Of a stretch of DNA of 64,000 nt, positions 60,737 through 64,000 are shown piece after piece. The first letter of the stretch is position 1. Each line of letters begins with the position of its first letter. The notes under the pieces are model-generated. The model did no database searches and was not told the DNA's origin. It was given only the letters and a program-made list of their open reading frames with translations. Source of the DNA: an uncultured Chloroflexia bacterium (GTDB lineage Bacteria > Chloroflexota > Limnocylindria > Limnocylindrales > CSP1-4); the NCBI GenBank assembly GCA_963696045.1, contig CAVOIR010000002.1:12562-76561 (forward strand), written 5' to 3'. The position numbers and the translations under genes are program-made.

Positions 60737-61340
60737 GGCGGTCCACGTCGTGGAAGCCTGGCTCTCGAAGGCCGATATCGACCTGGGTACGGCCCGGACG
60801 CTCCTGCGGGACCGTGACGAGACCGCTCCCTGGGTCGTCTGCTTCCACGCTCAGCAGGCCGCGGAGAAGTACCTGAAGGCCTTGTTGGCCGCGAGCGGCA
60901 CCGAGCCGCCGTACGTCCATAACCTCGTCGCACTGCATGCTCGCCTGTCTGCGTCGATCATGCTGCCCGCCGAAGTCGATCTGGCGACGCTTACGACGTA
61001 CGCCTCGGGACCGCGCTATGCGTTCTCGGACTTCCCCGATGAGCCGGAGCCGACGTGGGAGGACGCGGAGCGGGCGCTCACGTGGGCGACGGCGATCGGT
61101 GGGCCGGTGCGCGATCGCCTGTCAACGCCCGGCGACTCCGAGGCGAAGGCCTCCGCGACAAGCGGACGAGCGGTCCGGGTGGTCCGCCGTCGGGCATCCG
61201 ACGACCCGTCCGAAGAACTGGACTACACCTCGGCGAGGGCCACGAACGACGGGCCGCAGCGCCGGGTAGAGGTCCCGATAGACGCCGTACGCCGCCTCGT
61301 ACGCGCCCGGCGTGCTCGCCTGGCTGCGTCGTGCCGGTGA
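60723..61340 (+). CDS. HEPN-domain protein (HepT-like toxin partner of MNT); true 3' end probably earlier than the ORF end
   Basis: ATG overlaps the MNT stop region. AWLSKADIDLGTARTLLRD...VVCFHAQQAAEKYLKALLAASGTEPPYVHNLVALHARL (HEPN helices). After ~135 aa the ORF runs antisense into xylB, which is unlikely to be real. Confidence 0.75.
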   Translation: MPRPEAVHVVEAWLSKADIDLGTARTLLRDRDETAPWVVCFHAQQAAEKYLKALLAASGTEPPYVHNLVALHARLSASIMLPAEVDLATLTTYASGPRYAFSDFPDEPEPTWEDAERALTWATAIGGPVRDRLSTPGDSEAKASATSGRAVRVVRRRASDDPSEELDYTSARATNDGPQRRVEVPIDAVRRLVRARRARLAASCR

Positions 61341-62736
61341 CCTCGACCATGGCCTCGCAGGCCGCCGCGACCGTCGGGTACCAGCCGGCCGCCACCGCGG
61401 CCAGGATGGCCGCGCCGCTGGCGACCCCCTCGGCCGTGCGCGTGGACGAGAGCGGCACGCCCAGCACGTCGGCGATGATCTGGCGCCACAGCGGGCTGTT
61501 CGTGCCACCTCCGGACGCGCGCAGGTCGCGCAGCGGCTCGGGCGAGGTCTCGCGCACGAGCTCGAACACGTCGCGCAGGCTGAAGGCGACGCCCTCGAGC
61601 ACGGCGCGCACCAGGTGGCCCAGGCCGTGCCGCACGGTGAGGCCCACGAAGGCGCCGCGCGCCAGCGGGTCGGGATAGGGCGTCCGCTCGCCCGAGAGGT
61701 AGGGCAGGAAGACGAGCCCGTCCGACCCGGGCGGCACCTCGGCGGCCAGCGCGGTCAGCTCGTCCCACGACCGCTCGGGCGCCAGCTCGTCGTGGAGCCA
61801 CTTCAGCGAGCCCGCCGCGGATAGCGTCACGCCCATGAGGTGCCAGGTCCCCGGCACGGCATGGCAGAAGGCATGCAGCCGTCCCTCGGGCTCGATGGCC
61901 GGACCCGCGGTCGGCACGAAGACGACGCCCGAGGTCCCCACCGACATGGCGCCCACACCGGGCACCACGGCACCGACGCCCACGGCGTTGGCGGCTTGAT
62001 CGCCCGCCCCGCCGACGACCGGCGTCCCCGCCCGCAACCCGGTCGCCGCCGCGGCCTCGGCCGAGACGACGCCCACGACGTCGGGCCCCTCGACCGTCCG
62101 AGGCAGCATCGCAGGGTCGAGCCCAAGGGCCTCGACGACCTCATCCGACCATGTGCGCGCGGCGAGGTCGAAGAGGACCGTGCCGGCCCCATCGGCCACA
62201 TCGAGGGCGTGCTCTCCGGTGAGCTTGAAGCGCACGTAGTCCTTGGGCAGCAGCATGTGGCGGGCGCGCGCCCAGGCCTCGGGCTCATGGTTGCGCACCC
62301 AGAGCAGCTTGGGCGCGGTGAACCCGGTGAGCGGCTCGTTGCCGGTGATGGCGATGAAGCGCTCGCGACCGACCCGAGCGCGGATCTCGTCGCACTCGGC
62401 GGCCGTGCGCTGGTCGTTCCAGAGGATGGCGGGGCGCACCACCTCCCCGCCGGCGTCGAGGAGGACGAGGCCGTGCATCTGACCCGCCGCGCCGATGGCG
62501 GCGATCGAATCGGCCGAGGTGCCCGTCTCGTGCAGGACCGTCCCGATGGCCTCCTTGGCGGCTGTCCACCACAGCCCGGGGTCCTGCTCGGCCCAGAGGG
62601 GCTTGGGCGATTCGAAGTCGTAGCCCGAGGCGGCGACACCCACGACCGTCCCGTCGGGCGCGATGAGGATGGCCTTGGTGGCCGTGGTGGAGACGTCCAG
62701 GCCGAGGACGAGGGGCGTGCCGGGGGTCCCGTTCAT
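61223..62736 (-). CDS. xylB: Xylulokinase (FGGY family; 2 frame changes near the 3' end)
   Basis: LVLGLDVSTTATKAILI, GQMHGLVLLD, ILWNDQRTAAEC, GAGDQAANAVGVG, LPYLSGERTPYPDP, RASGGGTNSPLWRQIIADV. The C-terminus ...YRDLYPALRP/SFVALAEV-stop is read across ORFs 61122..61508 and 61223..61801. Confidence 0.85.
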
Positions 62737-63657
62737 GCGGTCGCTGCTTCCTTCTTCCGATCGAGCGCACCCGAGGTCACGAGACGCTCGGCTTCAGCCT
62801 CATCGACGAGGTGGACCTCCCACTCCTCGCGATGCTCGGCAGCCTCTCCGGGGGCCAGGTCCGCGAGCGGTCCGAGGGTCTCGAGCTCGGTGAACTCGGG
62901 CTGCGTGTAGACCTGCGCCGAGGCACCCATGTCGGCGTACTCGCGCTCCTCGTCGTGGCCCGCCCGCTTGACCAGCAGGACACCTCCTCCCCAGTGGGCC
63001 ACCCAGCCACGGCGGAGGCTCGTGCCGACCTTGAAGTTGCCCCCGACGCCCGCCTGCGCCCCTCGGTCCGCACGGACCTCGAGGGCCGAGTCCGTGAGCA
63101 CGAGGCGCGGGTCGTCCATGCGGGCGTACGGCCAGAGCACGATGTTGCGCTGGGCCAGGAAGCCGCCCGCGTCGAAGGGCTCGGTGAGCAGCGGCATCCA
63201 CGCGCGCCCGCCGGGGGCCATCATCGTGATGGCCCAACAGGCCAGGCGCTGGGGTTGGTCGGACGTGTTCACGACGCGGTAGTCGAACGTGAAGCGCTCC
63301 GGTCCTGCCACCCGGATCGTCGTCTCGCGGCTCGTCCCGGATACCGGGTCGGGCGGCGTGCGCAGGCCCACCCCGTCGGACAGGTCCTCGACCTCCACCG
63401 GAGACATCGTCCGGCCGATAGGTCACCCGTGGATCCTCCGGCGCGGCCCACAGCCGATGGCCGCCGTACAGGTGGAAGGGGCCCGAGCCCGGACAGGCCA
63501 GCGTCATGTCCGGCAGCTCCGCGAAAGCGTTCCGGCCGTCTCCGGCGAGGAGCGCCAGGACCCGCGGCCCCACGGACGTGGTGATCACGAGGCGCACGGC
63601 ACCCGCCTCGATCTCGATGGCCTCGTGGCCTGCGTAGCGTGTCGTCGTCAGCGGCAT
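62733..63657 (-). CDS. Galactose-mutarotase-like (DUF4380-type) protein (one frame change near 63410)
   Basis: GAGGGGAGGG then ATG. MPLTTTRYAGHEAIEIEAGAVRLVITTSVGPRVLAL...LYGGHRLWAAPEDP, continuing in ORF 62733..63407. ATGA overlaps the xylB start. Confidence 0.5.
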
Positions 63658-63694
63658 CGCGCCCGTCCCTCCCCTCGTCTGCATCAGCCCGATG

Positions 63695-64000
63695 CTAGCG
63701 AGCGGGGAGCTGCCTCGTGGGCGCAGCGCGCGCCTTCGGTCGGCCGGGAGCCCGCGGCCGCGCCGTGGTCTGCCGCACCACGAGCTCGGTCTCGAGGATG
63801 ACGCGGACAGCCGGGTCGGTCGGGTCGGCCAGGAGGCGCACCAGGCGCTGGACGGCGACACGGCCCATCTCGCGCAGCGGCTGGCGCACGGTCGAGAGGC
63901 CCACCCCGCTCGAGAGCCCGACGCCCACGTACGAGGCTTCGACGATGTCATCGAAGCCGAGCACTGACAGGTCCTCGGGCACCCGGAGTCCGGGCCTCGC
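63695..64000 (-). CDS. LacI-family transcriptional regulator, C-terminal part (5' end outside window)
   Basis: PEDLSVLGFDDIVEASYV...LSTVRQPLREMGRVAVQRLVRLL...ILETELVVRQTT is the typical LacI/GalR C-terminal sugar-binding domain end. Confidence 0.8.
   Translation of the reverse strand, partial: ARPGLRVPEDLSVLGFDDIVEASYVGVGLSSGVGLSTVRQPLREMGRVAVQRLVRLLADPTDPAVRVILETELVVRQTTARPRAPGRPKARAAPTRQLPAR

Noticed and set aside
1-64000. CRISPR arrays, rRNA genes, IS elements, integrases, prophage genes
   Set aside because: I noticed no spaced direct-repeat arrays, no rRNA-like conserved stretches, and no transposase, integrase or capsid-like ORFs. The only tRNA seen is tRNA-Sec, and it has no flanking integrase or att-like duplication.

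Overview
Very GC-rich bacterial chromosomal segment (G+C judged by eye, not computed). GGAGG-type ribosome-binding sites, frequent GTG/TTG starts, an F420-type DUF385 enzyme and several toxin-antitoxin (TA) pairs suggest an Actinomycetota- or Chloroflexota-like organism. I can support about 55 genes.

Main blocks:
1. 1-5.2 kb: TetR/DUF385 divergent pair, an M23 peptidase, a vanadium-haloperoxidase-like enzyme.
2. 5.2-12.8 kb: minus-strand cluster of signal-peptide-less hydrolases. These are a membrane-anchored protein, a C1 papain-like peptidase, a ~1140-aa M6-like metalloprotease, an alpha/beta hydrolase and a C39-like Cys peptidase.
3. 13-17 kb: three uncharacterised membrane proteins.
4. 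17-24 kb: MBL hydrolase, PhoD-like phosphatase, GMC oxidoreductase plus patatin plus SRPBCC lipid module, mazEF.
5. 24-33.9 kb: corA, an M23 peptidase, a metal ABC-3 importer, and a SCO1/PCuAC/DsbA copper set.
6. 34-48 kb: a complete selenocysteine (Sec) island. selB-selA-tRNA-Sec sit on the minus strand. On the plus strand are a zinc-ribbon/cyclase/STAND protein, selD, and a Sec-containing (UGA plus SECIS-like hairpin) NAD-type formate dehydrogenase. Its alpha subunit is split and circularly permuted, ending at a vapBC module.
7. 49-64 kb: malic enzyme, a maltodextrin locus (giant GH13, malGFE-like genes, GH57), an HTH-MNT-HEPN module, xylB, a mutarotase-like gene and a partial LacI.

No CRISPR array, rRNA, transposase or integrase was seen.

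Caveat: most long genes need +/-1 frame changes to read through, so many coordinates are reconstructed gene extents rather than single ORFs. The most interesting items are the permuted, split Sec-formate dehydrogenase inside the sel island and the cytoplasmic multi-protease cluster.
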